A stretch of DNA of 64,000 nucleotides from an uncultured Lachnospiraceae bacterium (GTDB lineage: Bacteria > Bacillota > Clostridia > Christensenellales > UBA1242): positions 75,370 through 139,369 of the forward strand of contig CAYNTF010000003.1 in NCBI GenBank assembly GCA_964400145.1, in the 5' to 3' direction. Positions 19,628 through 29,523 of the stretch are shown piece by piece; the first letter of the stretch is position 1; each line of letters starts with the position of its first letter. The notes under the pieces were generated by a model that did no database searches, had not been told where the DNA came from, and saw only the letters and a program-made list of their open reading frames with translations. The position numbers and the translations under genes are program-made.

Positions 19628-19795
19628 TCATCTTTCTCTTTCATCGACGCTTTGCAAACGCGTTCTTCGTGGCAACTTGTTTGAATTATCTTTTTTCTCG
19701 GCAAGTTCCGCGCGCACTCTGCGCTCCGCATATATTTTATAACAACTTGTTCTTGAAATTTCTCCCAAATCTTTTTCAAATTCTTCTTTTTTCAT
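19628..19795 (-). CDS. Small helix-turn-helix-like protein (56 aa as read, or ~72 aa ending at 19579 if an A-run is one base shorter)
   Basis: GGAGGG 7 nt before the ATG; LGEISRTSCYKIYAE resembles an HTH. The continuing ORF 19579..19779 is in another frame, with the frames joining at A6 (19691-19696). Confidence 0.35.
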   Translation of the reverse strand: MKKEEFEKDLGEISRTSCYKIYAERRVRAELAEKKDNSNKLPRRTRLQSVDERER

Positions 19796-19896
19796 ATTTC
19801 CCTCCAACAGTGGCATTATATCACAGCGAACTGCATTTGTCAAGTTCAAAATGTTATGCTTAAATGTTGTTGTTCAGTATATTTTTGCTTGGGATG

Positions 19897-21357
19897 TTAC
19901 ACACCTATCAACACGCTTCCGTCAATCCATGATTGGAAAAAACTTTCCAAATTTGTTGACGCCGTTTTCGAAAAACTTTCTATCAATTTTTCTGCTGATG
20001 AGTTTTCAAATGCGTATTCTTCAAAATAATTTTTCAGGCAAGCAAAAAATTTTCGGTCGCTCATCATACTTCGCAAACTGTCGAACAAAAGCATACCTTT
20101 TGTGTATGTGATGTTCACATACTCTGGCTCAGTGGCGTATTCACTCAAATTTCTGTTCATGCTTTCATCCAACTGACCATATATACTTTTGAAAATGCGC
20201 ACAAAGTTTTGATAAGTTGCCATGGCGTTTTGCATGATTGTGTCATATTCCAACCCATACTCCGCGTTGATTTCAAAGAAGAGCGCACAAGAATATTCCG
20301 TCAGCCCCTCGTCAATCCAAGCGTCTGTATACTCATTGTTTCCCACAACGCCATACCACCACTGATGAGCAATCTCATGAACAATGACATAAACAATCGT
20401 TTCTTCGTCCGCCAAGTCGTCGGCAATCATGACAAGATTTGGATATTCCATTCCACCAAAACAGAAATCATTTTTGACAACTGAAAGTTGCGAATACGGA
20501 TATTCCCCAAAAAGTTCGCTGAATGTTTCCACCGCCATGACTGCCGTTTCAAGATGCGCTTGCGCATTCTCATCGTCATAATAAAAATAATTTATTTCCA
20601 CATCTCCCACGGTTGCCGTGAGCACTTCAAATTTTTCGCTTAAAACAAAGCAAAAATCCCGAACATTCTCCGCCTTGCAGACTGTTGTCTTTGTGCTTCC
20701 ATCGTCTGTCGTTGAAGTTTGTTCCCCCGTTGAAGCAAGAATGAAATTGTTTGGATAAATTATCGTCACATCAAAGTTTGCCACATCACTATAAAACGGG
20801 TCGCCATTCGTTGCAAAGTCATTCATGACAAACCCGTCATCATAGACGCACGCGATTGGAAAAAAGTTTCCAAAATTCACCGTGCTGTCGCCATAGCCCA
20901 AACGATGCCGAATGTTTGCCAAATTGACAGTGTATTCCATTGCAATCGTTATGGTTTCGTTTGGATAAAGATTTGAAGGCAATTTGACGGTCAAAACACT
21001 TCCACTTTCATTGATTTCATATTCCGCATCAGCGCCATCAATTTGTATGCTGGCAAACTCTATGTTGCCATAACTTTCGCCGTTGGGATAAGCCTTGACC
21101 GTATATGAAGTTGAAACCACCTTCTTTCCCTCTGCAAATGCATTTGGATATAAAAAGAAACAAACTTCACTCAACGAATTTTCACTGTCGTTGACATAAC
21201 ACACTTCTTGCATACAATCAAGATTTTTGTTCTCATCATCATATGTCGCCACAATGGTGTAAGAGTTCAAAATTTCATTTTCAGTTGTTGCACAACCAAA
21301 AACAAAAAGCGGAATTGCAAACAAAATCACAGCAAAAAGGCAAATCATTTTCTTCAT
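19897..21357 (-). CDS. M1-family zinc metallopeptidase, lipoprotein
   Basis: Lipobox LFVFGC; HEIAHQWWYG ... WIDEGLTEY (HEXXH-18-E). Confidence 0.85.
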   Translation of the reverse strand: MKKMICLFAVILFAIPLFVFGCATTENEILNSYTIVATYDDENKNLDCMQEVCYVNDSENSLSEVCFFLYPNAFAEGKKVVSTSYTVKAYPNGESYGNIEFASIQIDGADAEYEINESGSVLTVKLPSNLYPNETITIAMEYTVNLANIRHRLGYGDSTVNFGNFFPIACVYDDGFVMNDFATNGDPFYSDVANFDVTIIYPNNFILASTGEQTSTTDDGSTKTTVCKAENVRDFCFVLSEKFEVLTATVGDVEINYFYYDDENAQAHLETAVMAVETFSELFGEYPYSQLSVVKNDFCFGGMEYPNLVMIADDLADEETIVYVIVHEIAHQWWYGVVGNNEYTDAWIDEGLTEYSCALFFEINAEYGLEYDTIMQNAMATYQNFVRIFKSIYGQLDESMNRNLSEYATEPEYVNITYTKGMLLFDSLRSMMSDRKFFACLKNYFEEYAFENSSAEKLIESFSKTASTNLESFFQSWIDGSVLIGV

Positions 21358-21717
21358 TTTTTACTCCATTTTCGCAAAAAATCAACTTTTTTTCGATTTT
21401 TTTCGCATTTTTTTAATTTTTTTCAAATTTTTTTTGATTTTTTCTTATTTTTTGTTATTAATAAAATTCCTGATTTTTTTTCATATTTATATTTTTCTTT
21501 TTAATGGTTTTTTGTTTTTTTTCTTTCAGGTTAAGCTTATCGATTTTTCTAATTGTAGGTTCAAATCGTTTGATTTTTTATTGTTAAAATTTTGCAACTG
21601 ACAAAGCAATGTTTTTGACAAAACTATTCTATTCACTGCATAATCAAAACATTCGCGCCAAAAAGTTTGTCAAATTTTGTTTTTTGTGTTAATATATTCT
21701 TTGAAAAGGAGTTACTT

Positions 21718-23166
21718 ATGGCTTTTTGCAAATTCTCTGTGGACATGCTGGCAAACAACACAACTTCTGTGGACAACATTTTTATAAACAACTATCTCCC
21801 CTACGCCGACTCCGAAGCGGTGAAGGTCTATCTCTATGGGCTTTATAAATGCCAAGACTCCAACGCTTCCGACAACACATTGGAGCATTTTTCCAAAGAG
21901 CTTCATTTGGACGAAGAGAAAATTCAAAAGCATTTTGAATATTGGCAAGAGCAAGGGCTGGTGCAAATTTTAAATGTCATTCCATTTGAAGTGAGATATC
22001 TTCCACTCAGCGATGTCATTTCGAACACGAAAAAATATAATGAAAAACGATACGCAAACTTCAATGCTCAAGCGCAAGAAATTTTGCATGGACGAATGAT
22101 AACACCGAATGAATATCGCGAGTATTATGACATCATTGAAAGACTGCACATGAAAAAAGAAGCCCTGCTTTTGACCATTGATTATTGCGTCAAAACAAAA
22201 GGCGAAAATGTTGGATATCCATACATCATCACCGTCGCAAAAAATTGGATAAGTCAGGGACTTACAACCGAGCAACAAATCAAAGACAAGATTGTGGAGA
22301 TGGACATATTAAGTTCCAACATCGGCGACCTTATGAAAGTTCTTGGGCTGAAACAAATGTTCTCTATGGATGAATATGAACTCTACAAAAAATGGGTGGT
22401 CAAAGAAGGCTTTGACGAAGAGGTTGTCATCTATGTGGCAAAGAAGATGAAGAAAAAGTCAAAGAATTATATTTTTGAAGCGATTGACAGAGAATTGGAC
22501 AGACTATACTCTCAAAAACTCTTCACACTTGAAGAAATCAAAAATTTTGATGAGAACAGAGAAAAATTGAACCAAATTGCACGCGCTCTTGTGAAAAATT
22601 TGGGTCTATATTACGAAAATATAGAGCCCGTTGTGGACAATTATGTTTTCTCTTGGCTTAACACGGGCTTTTCGGAAAGTATGTTGGAGCAAATTTCCAC
22701 TTATTGTTTCAAAACAAATGTCCGCACCCTTGAAGGAATGAATAAAGTGTTGGCAAAATTCCATAAACTCGGCATTCTCACTGAAAAAAGTTTGAATGAA
22801 TATTTTGCCGAAGTGATATCTGTCGACAAAAAAATCAAGGATATTTTGGAAAATATCGGTCTGTCACGCAATGTCAACCAATTTGACCGCGATAAATACA
22901 AAATTTGGAAAGAATCTTGGGCAATGCCCGACGATGTGATTGAATACGCCTGCACCCTTTCTGTCGGAAAAGACCAACCTATGCAATATCTTGGCGGAAT
23001 TCTCTCTTCTTTTCATGACAAGAACATCAGAACAGTGCAAGATGCCAAAAATTCATTTGATATAGTCAATCAAAAGACCAAAAAATCAGATTTTTCAACA
23101 GGCAGAAGTTACACAAAAGAAGAAATGAACGCACTTTTTCAATCGATTGATGAAATTGAAATTTAG
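21718..23166 (+). CDS. DnaD-domain replication initiation/membrane attachment protein (Firmicute DnaB-like)
   Basis: DnaD/DnaB_2-like repeats (YPYIITVAKNWISQGL); immediately upstream of dnaI. Confidence 0.7.
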   Translation: MAFCKFSVDMLANNTTSVDNIFINNYLPYADSEAVKVYLYGLYKCQDSNASDNTLEHFSKELHLDEEKIQKHFEYWQEQGLVQILNVIPFEVRYLPLSDVISNTKKYNEKRYANFNAQAQEILHGRMITPNEYREYYDIIERLHMKKEALLLTIDYCVKTKGENVGYPYIITVAKNWISQGLTTEQQIKDKIVEMDILSSNIGDLMKVLGLKQMFSMDEYELYKKWVVKEGFDEEVVIYVAKKMKKKSKNYIFEAIDRELDRLYSQKLFTLEEIKNFDENREKLNQIARALVKNLGLYYENIEPVVDNYVFSWLNTGFSESMLEQISTYCFKTNVRTLEGMNKVLAKFHKLGILTEKSLNEYFAEVISVDKKIKDILENIGLSRNVNQFDRDKYKIWKESWAMPDDVIEYACTLSVGKDQPMQYLGGILSSFHDKNIRTVQDAKNSFDIVNQKTKKSDFSTGRSYTKEEMNALFQSIDEIEI

Positions 23167-23329
23167 ATGAAATTTACGAAAAAATAAGTTCTCAAAAAGA
23201 ATGATATAAATAACTAAATTTGCCAAAACAATTAGTTTGCAAAGAAAACAAAGAAAAATGCAACTTTTTTACCTTTTTTTGACAATTTTTGTGAGAAAAA
23301 TTAAGAAAATAAAATCAGGAGATGGCGTG

Positions 23330-24211
23330 ATGAAGCAAGACACAATACAAAAGGCGTTAAATATCATATCAGAGCGAAAGCGCAGTGCAAACAGTGCCTA
23401 CGAAGAAAAGATTGCGCCTTTATATTCAAATAAAAAATTTGTCGAAACTGAAAAAGAGTATAAACGACAAATGATTGAAAACGCGCGCAAAGAAAGTTAT
23501 GGCGAAAAAGTGGACAGAAGCGCCGAACTGAAACTTAAAGCAAACTTGGAACAAATGAAGAACAATCTCAAACCAAACTATTATTGCCAACTTTGCAACG
23601 ACGAAGGCTTTAAAAATGGAGAGATGTGTGTTTGTCTGAAAAAAGAAATTTCCAACATTCTTCTGAAAGAAAGTGGCTTTGAGAAATTAGAAAATTTTGC
23701 TGATTCAACTGTAACCGCTGGCGACATTGCGCCTGTCTATCACCTTATGCAAAAATGGTGCGCAAGCGACTTTAAGAAAAATTTGATTTATCTCGCCGGA
23801 CCAACAGGTGTGGGAAAGACCTATCTCATTCGTTGCATGGCAAATGCCCTGATTGAGCGTGGACTTATGGTCAAAATTGCCACCGCCTACCAAATCAATC
23901 AAGACTTCAAAGATTTTAACAAAAGTTTTGATGATGAACTTTTGAAAAAGTATACCGACATTGAAGTGTTGTTCATTGATGACCTTGGGGCAGAACCGCA
24001 ATATCGCAATGTGACGGTTGAGTTTTTCTATCTTCTTATAAATGAGCGCAAGACAAAAAAGTTGCCGACAATAATCACCAGCAACTTGGATATGGGAGAT
24101 TTGCGCGACCGATATAATGAACGCATATACTCCCGCATTGCCGACCGCGAAACATCAATCACGATATATCTGGACGGCGATGACAAGCGCATAAAGCAAA
24201 GAAAGTCATAG
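23330..24211 (+). CDS. dnaI: Helicase loader DnaI (IstB-like AAA+)
   Basis: N-terminal Cys cluster CQLCNDEG..CVC; Walker A GPTGVGKT; Walker B LFIDDLG. Confidence 0.85.
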   Translation: MKQDTIQKALNIISERKRSANSAYEEKIAPLYSNKKFVETEKEYKRQMIENARKESYGEKVDRSAELKLKANLEQMKNNLKPNYYCQLCNDEGFKNGEMCVCLKKEISNILLKESGFEKLENFADSTVTAGDIAPVYHLMQKWCASDFKKNLIYLAGPTGVGKTYLIRCMANALIERGLMVKIATAYQINQDFKDFNKSFDDELLKKYTDIEVLFIDDLGAEPQYRNVTVEFFYLLINERKTKKLPTIITSNLDMGDLRDRYNERIYSRIADRETSITIYLDGDDKRIKQRKS

Positions 24212-24417
24212 GGCGCAAAATTGAAAAGTCCGATAAATCAAGCAATATATCAAAAAACATAAAAAGATAAGCGATAACAACCGATTTTAATCTTATTATT
24301 TAATCTTAATTTTAATTTGATTTTTCAAGTTTAAAATTTTAATAAGTTAAAATCTGAATTTTTAATCTAAATCTTTAATCTAAGTCTTTGCACAAACCAG
24401 TGCAAAAACTTATTTTT

Positions 24418-25035
24418 CTATCTGCTTAAAAATTTTGTCCAAATCTTAATCACCTTGTCCTGCGTCTTTTTGTCGTTATCCTCACCGTGACCAGAGTGCA
24501 TGATTGTGTAATCTTCATTCAACAAAACTTCCAAACTTTGTTTCATTTGGATTTTGTTTCCGCCATATAAATCCACTCGTCCCATATCTCGCCCCAGCAA
24601 AATATCCCCGACAAAAATTTCATTGTCAATTTCATAAATCATATCGCCCTTGCTGTGCCCGCCAAGTTGTTTATATTTGATTTTAAAATCCCCCAAAACA
24701 AACTCCCCGTCACCAGAAAGAAAGACAAAATTTTGAAAATTTTTTATTTCAAAGAAAAGTCCTTCAAAGTCGGTGGAATAGTTTTTCTTATGGTCGGCAA
24801 GATATTCTTTTGCCATTTCACTTGCATAAACTTTTGTGTTCAAAGTTTTTGCATAATCGTCAGAATAAACCGCATGGTCAAAATGCCCATGTGTCAAAAG
24901 CACTCCAACAACTTTCTTTCCTTTGAGATGTCGCTGAATTTCAGAAGGCTCAACACCGCAGTCAACAATAAGTGCCTGATCACCTTTTTCCAAAACAAAA
25001 ACATTGCTATCATAAAAATCGCTCACAAGACGCAT
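24418..25035 (-). CDS. MBL-fold metallo-hydrolase
   Basis: THGHFDH motif; ~205 aa. Confidence 0.85.
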   Translation of the reverse strand: MRLVSDFYDSNVFVLEKGDQALIVDCGVEPSEIQRHLKGKKVVGVLLTHGHFDHAVYSDDYAKTLNTKVYASEMAKEYLADHKKNYSTDFEGLFFEIKNFQNFVFLSGDGEFVLGDFKIKYKQLGGHSKGDMIYEIDNEIFVGDILLGRDMGRVDLYGGNKIQMKQSLEVLLNEDYTIMHSGHGEDNDKKTQDKVIKIWTKFLSR

Positions 25036-25159
25036 TTTTCACCTCTGATAGAAATTGTATCCCTTTTTTGAAATAAAAGTCAAGAAAAAACAAAAAACTT
25101 TACAAATAAAAATCCACCACTTAAATAAAAAAACACCTTTGCGGCGTTATTTTTTCATT

Positions 25160-25233
25160 TGGCAGGGGTGGAAGGAATCGAACCCTCCTCTGGAGTTTTG
25201 GAGACTCTTATTCTACCGATGAACTACACCCCT
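25160..25233 (-). tRNA. trnW: tRNA-Trp (anticodon CCA), CCA encoded
   Basis: Hand-folded cloverleaf: AGGGGTG acceptor, CTCCAAA anticodon loop, GAGGG-TTCGATT-CCTTC T-arm. Confidence 0.9.
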
Positions 25234-25282
25234 AAATCAGTGCAAGACAGGCAATTTCACATTATGTTTTGCACGCAGTGTT

Positions 25283-25311
25283 ATTTTACTATAATTTTAA
25301 AAATATGTCAA
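25283..25311 (-). promoter_or_regulatory. tRNA-Trp promoter: TTGACA-17-TAAAAT
   Basis: Spacing counted directly; ~50 nt upstream of the tRNA. Confidence 0.55.
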
Positions 25312-25543
25312 TTATTTTTCGTTAAATCGTCAAATAATCTCAATCTTTGGCAATAGTTTTAATAAAATTTTGCTAGAAAGATGCAATTTTTACTTAAAAT
25401 CGCGATTTTATTTATGATTTTGACACTTTCCTAAGCAAAAGTTTATATAAATTGAAGAAAAATAAAAATCAAATGTTAATTAAGATAATAATTCAATCAA
25501 AAATGTGAAAAATATTAATAATATTGTGAATATAAAAACCGAA

Positions 25544-25576
25544 TAAAAAACACCTTAACTTTTTGTTGTTAAGGCG
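25544..25576 (-). terminator. Terminator after the DUF378 gene
   Basis: CGCCTTAAC/GTTAAGGTG stem then a T-run on the minus strand. Confidence 0.65.
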
Positions 25577-25606
25577 TTTTATTATTTCTCAAAATTTTTG
25601 AAAAAA

Positions 25607-25849
25607 TTATCTATTTTCGCTTTCTTTCTTGTATTTGCAACCCAAGTCCAGCATACCGCGAGAGATGATTGGTGAGATAATTAACCAAATTGCTGCAAGC
25701 AAAATGAGCACATAGATGGCAATCGCCCAACCATTGCGATAAGCCCCGCAAATCCAAGTGACAAGATTGAAGTCAAAAATGCCAACAAGCCCCCAATTTA
25801 ACGCACCAATCAGTGTCAAGACATAAGCGATGTAGTTTGCAATAATCAT
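25607..25849 (-). CDS. DUF378 small membrane protein
   Basis: LIGALNWGLVGIFDFNLV signature. Confidence 0.8.
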   Translation of the reverse strand: MIIANYIAYVLTLIGALNWGLVGIFDFNLVTWICGAYRNGWAIAIYVLILLAAIWLIISPIISRGMLDLGCKYKKESENR

Positions 25850-25942
25850 AAAAACACCTCCTTATAAGGAAGTATCTTCATTTTAAACAAAAAAATTCAA
25901 AAAAACCATAAAATATATTGTTTTTTAAAAAGAATTGACATT

Positions 25943-26773
25943 TTACTTGTAATAAGCCCCAACATTATTGTTGCGCCAATCTTTGTCAACCTTGACAAAA
26001 AGTTTGAGCACGCACTTCTTTTCAAGCAGATGTTCGGCATATTCTCTTGCCGATTTGCCAATCTTTTTCAAATTCTCACCGCCCTTGCCAATGATTATCC
26101 CTTTGTGCTGCTCGCGCTCGCAAATAATAAGCGCGTCAATTTGAACTCTTTCTTCGCTCTCTTCAAATTTTTCAATCACCACAGCCACACCATGTGGAAT
26201 TTCTTGATCCAAAAGTTCCAACAAAGCCCCGCGTATTTTTTCGCTTATCAAAAATGCAACACTTCTGTCTGTATATAAGTCTTCTTCAAAAATAGGTTCG
26301 CGATTTGGCAGTTTTTCAATGATTTTTTTCAGCAAATCGTCAACATTTTCGCCCGTTTTTACCGAAATTTTATGTGAGTTTTCAAGATTTTCAACTTGCT
26401 TTTTATCCAATTTGGTTTGAACTAAAATCAAATTATCTTCAACTTTCTCTTTCAAAGTTTGGATATACTCCCGTTCTTCGTCATCAATCTTCTTGCTTCC
26501 ATCAACAAGATAAAGCACAACATCTGCGCCAGCAATGGCACTGCGGACATTCTTCATCATAAATTTATCCAAATTGTTTTTGCTGTGATGAATGCCCGGC
26601 GTGTCCACAAAAATAATTTGATAATCAGCGTCACTTTTTATTCCCAATATGGAATTTCTTGTCGTTTGACGCCTGTGAGATATGATTGCCACTTCTTCGC
26701 CAACCAAAAAATTGACAAGACTGCTCTTGCCAGCATTTGACCTTCCCAAAACTGCAACATACCCACATTTCAT
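25943..26773 (-). CDS. era: GTPase Era
   Basis: GRSNAGKSSL, DTPG, and a KH domain at the C-terminus. ATGA overlap with the ybeY stop. Confidence 0.95.
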   Translation of the reverse strand: MKCGYVAVLGRSNAGKSSLVNFLVGEEVAIISHRRQTTRNSILGIKSDADYQIIFVDTPGIHHSKNNLDKFMMKNVRSAIAGADVVLYLVDGSKKIDDEEREYIQTLKEKVEDNLILVQTKLDKKQVENLENSHKISVKTGENVDDLLKKIIEKLPNREPIFEEDLYTDRSVAFLISEKIRGALLELLDQEIPHGVAVVIEKFEESEERVQIDALIICEREQHKGIIIGKGGENLKKIGKSAREYAEHLLEKKCVLKLFVKVDKDWRNNNVGAYYK

Positions 26774-27231
26774 CTTGTCACTCCACACCTTGTCAAAATT
26801 TCTTCCGCAGTTTTTTGCATGATTTTTTCATCTTGTTTTTCAACATGGTCATATCCCAAAAGGTGCAAAACTCCGTGAAGCGCCAAAAAACAAATCTCTC
26901 TTCTCAAATCATGTCCAAACTCTTTTGCCTGACTTTTTGCCACGCTTTTGCATATCACAACATCACCCAAAAACAAGGTATCGTCAAAAATTTCTTTTGA
27001 AAACTCGCTTAATTTTTGGTCAGCCTTTTTGTCTAAATTTGGAAAAGACAACACATCTGTGACTTTGTCAACGCCCCTAAATTTCAAATTTAATTTTTGA
27101 ATTTCTTGTTCGCTGACAAAATTGATTGAAACACTCACGCGCGAAAAATCTTCGCCCAAAACTTCGCTGGCAACATTCATAATTTTTTCAAACTTCTTTC
27201 GATAAGGAAAGATTTTGCCTTCAATAATCAT
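26770..27231 (-). CDS. ybeY: rRNA maturation RNase YbeY
   Basis: HGVLHLLGYDH motif. Confidence 0.95.
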   Translation of the reverse strand: MIIEGKIFPYRKKFEKIMNVASEVLGEDFSRVSVSINFVSEQEIQKLNLKFRGVDKVTDVLSFPNLDKKADQKLSEFSKEIFDDTLFLGDVVICKSVAKSQAKEFGHDLRREICFLALHGVLHLLGYDHVEKQDEKIMQKTAEEILTRCGVTR

Positions 27232-27243
27232 CTTTTCTCCCGT

Positions 27244-28377
27244 TCAACCACTGTAAGTTGTGGCAATACTTTCTTCCGTGACAATGCAATAGTTGACAAT
27301 CGTAACACCTGCAATGTGACGAATTGTGTAATACTCTTCTTTTATTGTATCACAATCTTCAACATTTTCCAAAGCATTTTCCCGCGCTTTTTCAATATAC
27401 TCATCTTTAACATCTTCGAAGTCCGTAACGATAACATTTTCCGTGAGTTCATAAATATAAGTTTTTCGAATTTTAAACGGAAGAAATAAATTTTCGACCA
27501 AGTTCACTTCTTCATACTCCACTTCATACATTTGAAAATCAAAATCTTCCTTGAAAGAATAAATTGTCAGCCCAAAAAGAGTGATTTCGTTTTGCACGGC
27601 AACATTCCCTGTTCTTTTCACTTCAATATATGTTTCATAGTGGTCAGCACTTCCTTCGTTATAGACATCCGCAACAATTTCTGCTTCTGCCTCCACCATT
27701 TTTATTGTGCCCGAAGTGTCGATTGTGTAAGGTTCAACAAGCACATCGCCCGCCTGCACAAAATCGCCCACTTTCACACATAAAGTGCCAGAAATAAGGT
27801 TAATTTGCGTTATTTTTCCACTTTTTTGTGCAACAAGTGGGGCAAAATCTCCATACATCTCTTCTGGAAGCAATTTTTCTTTGATATTGATAACCAGCGT
27901 CTGCCCTTTGATTATGCAGGACGCCAAACTTATCTCAGAAAAATTTTCCACCAAAGCCAATTCAATTTCATCAGTGTCGATTTTGCTCTTCACGGTTGAA
28001 TAATTGTCCTTGATGAAGTCGACAATTTCGCCACTTGACAACCTGTCCACCCCTTGCACATCAAACTGGATAACAAATTGATTTTGAACAAAATAGAAAA
28101 TGGAAAAAAGCACCACTGCAACAATAAGGCCATAGCATGTCAACATTTTTCTGATGCAACAAAAAAGCCCGTCATGAGTGACAGATTCCACCTTAATGCC
28201 CCTATTTTTCAATATTTTCAGCACTTTTTTATGCTCAAAATATGAACATTTGAACGATGAATTTGTTTTTGATTTGCGTTCAACTTCAAAAAGGGTGACA
28301 CTTTTGGAAATTTCATTGAGCAGTTTTTCTTGATTTAGTCCTGAAATTTGAAATTTGCTTTCATTTTTCCATTTCAT
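27244..28377 (-). CDS. yqfD: Sporulation protein YqfD
   Basis: ~375 aa with a central TM segment. TAATG overlap with the yqfC stop; gene order matches Bacillus. Confidence 0.8.
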   Translation of the reverse strand: MKWKNESKFQISGLNQEKLLNEISKSVTLFEVERKSKTNSSFKCSYFEHKKVLKILKNRGIKVESVTHDGLFCCIRKMLTCYGLIVAVVLFSIFYFVQNQFVIQFDVQGVDRLSSGEIVDFIKDNYSTVKSKIDTDEIELALVENFSEISLASCIIKGQTLVINIKEKLLPEEMYGDFAPLVAQKSGKITQINLISGTLCVKVGDFVQAGDVLVEPYTIDTSGTIKMVEAEAEIVADVYNEGSADHYETYIEVKRTGNVAVQNEITLFGLTIYSFKEDFDFQMYEVEYEEVNLVENLFLPFKIRKTYIYELTENVIVTDFEDVKDEYIEKARENALENVEDCDTIKEEYYTIRHIAGVTIVNYCIVTEESIATTYSG

Positions 28378-28640
28378 TAAATCTGTTCCACCTTCCTTAT
28401 TTGTCCACAAATTTTTATTGTGTTATCCGAAAGTTCGGACAAAATCATGTCCTGTCCTTCAACCAAAATCACTGCCTTTTTGACCTTGAACGAGATAAGT
28501 TCTTTTGAAAGTGTCACAAGCCCCAAGTGCCCTTCCACATACAAAAGATGCCCAGAGATGTTGATTAAATTGAACCCATTCAAGTCCAAGCCTTTCGGGT
28601 TTTTTATATTTTCTTTGACTTCATCTAAAAAATTGAACAT
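28377..28640 (-). CDS. yqfC: Sporulation protein YqfC
   Basis: ~87 aa; LYVEGHLGLVTLSKELISF... Start at MFNFLDEV. Confidence 0.8.
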   Translation of the reverse strand: MFNFLDEVKENIKNPKGLDLNGFNLINISGHLLYVEGHLGLVTLSKELISFKVKKAVILVEGQDMILSELSDNTIKICGQIRKVEQI

Positions 28641-28743
28641 TCCAACCACCCAAAATATTGTATGACGATTGAATTTTATAAATGAAAAAAGATGCACATG
28701 AAAGTTTGTGCATCTTTGCAAAGCAGAAATTTTAAAGCACCGC

Positions 28744-29511
28744 TTAATCTTCGTCATCAAAATTTCTTCGTTTCATAATTTCATCAAACAACACACTTCG
28801 AACATTTGGCGGATAGGCTTTCAGCATTTTGTCAATCTCTTTCAAATCCAAATCCTTGATTTCATCAAAATCGAAATTGCCCGTTTTGCGCTTGGACTCA
28901 TCACGATAGTCATTTTCATTTTCTTCATCAATATCACTGTCCGATTCATCATCGAAATCGTCAAACAAATCGTCGGGTTCAAAATCTTTATCGTTGTGAA
29001 GGAAATCATCAAATTTATGATTTTTCATATTCTTGTAATATTTTTCCAAATCATCATAATCTTGCCCATCATCTTCATCATAATCGTTTTCATCATATTT
29101 ATCTTCAAAATCTTGTTCAAATTCTTCATCGTCTTGGTTGTCATCTTGTTCATATTCATCTTGCTCTTCATCGTCAAGTTTCAGATTTTTTCTTAAAAAC
29201 TTTTTATATTCGTCGGCTTTTTTGTTAAGTTCATTCTCTTCATGGCGAAAATTTTGCGAAAATGGAAAAAAACGAGATTTTGTCTTGTTTTTTTCTTCCA
29301 AATTGGACTCTTCAAGCGAAAAATTTTCAAGTTGCGCGTCAACATAATTCTCTTTTTCTTCCTGTTCAATTTCTTTTTCAACTTGTTGCATCTTCAATTT
29401 TTGTTCTTCACAAAACTTTTTGTAGCGCCTTTTATTTTTTAAATTATTTAGCACAAAAAACAAAGTCAGACCCACAAAAACTATGACAATCGCAACACAA
29501 TACAAAATCAT
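28744..29511 (-). CDS. Membrane-anchored, extremely acidic low-complexity protein, unknown function
   Basis: N-terminal TM segment, then a D/E/K/N-rich sequence. Occupies the yqfB position between floA and yqfC. Confidence 0.6.
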   Translation of the reverse strand: MILYCVAIVIVFVGLTLFFVLNNLKNKRRYKKFCEEQKLKMQQVEKEIEQEEKENYVDAQLENFSLEESNLEEKNKTKSRFFPFSQNFRHEENELNKKADEYKKFLRKNLKLDDEEQDEYEQDDNQDDEEFEQDFEDKYDENDYDEDDGQDYDDLEKYYKNMKNHKFDDFLHNDKDFEPDDLFDDFDDESDSDIDEENENDYRDESKRKTGNFDFDEIKDLDLKEIDKMLKAYPPNVRSVLFDEIMKRRNFDDED

Positions 29512-29523
29512 ACAACCTCCAAA

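Noticed and set aside
21380-21530. Periodic T-rich spacers as a possible CRISPR array or tandem repeat
   Set aside because: There is no repeated unit of constant sequence or length and no spacers, only homopolymer T-tracts. I reported them as phased A/T tracts instead.
25160-25233. Possibility of a Mollicute-type genetic code (UGA = Trp), given the low GC, DUF285 proteins and variable lipoproteins
   Set aside because: The only tRNA-Trp seen has anticodon CCA. TGA functions as a stop, for example at ybeY (26770-26772). All conserved genes translate cleanly with table 11. Sporulation genes also argue against a Mollicute.
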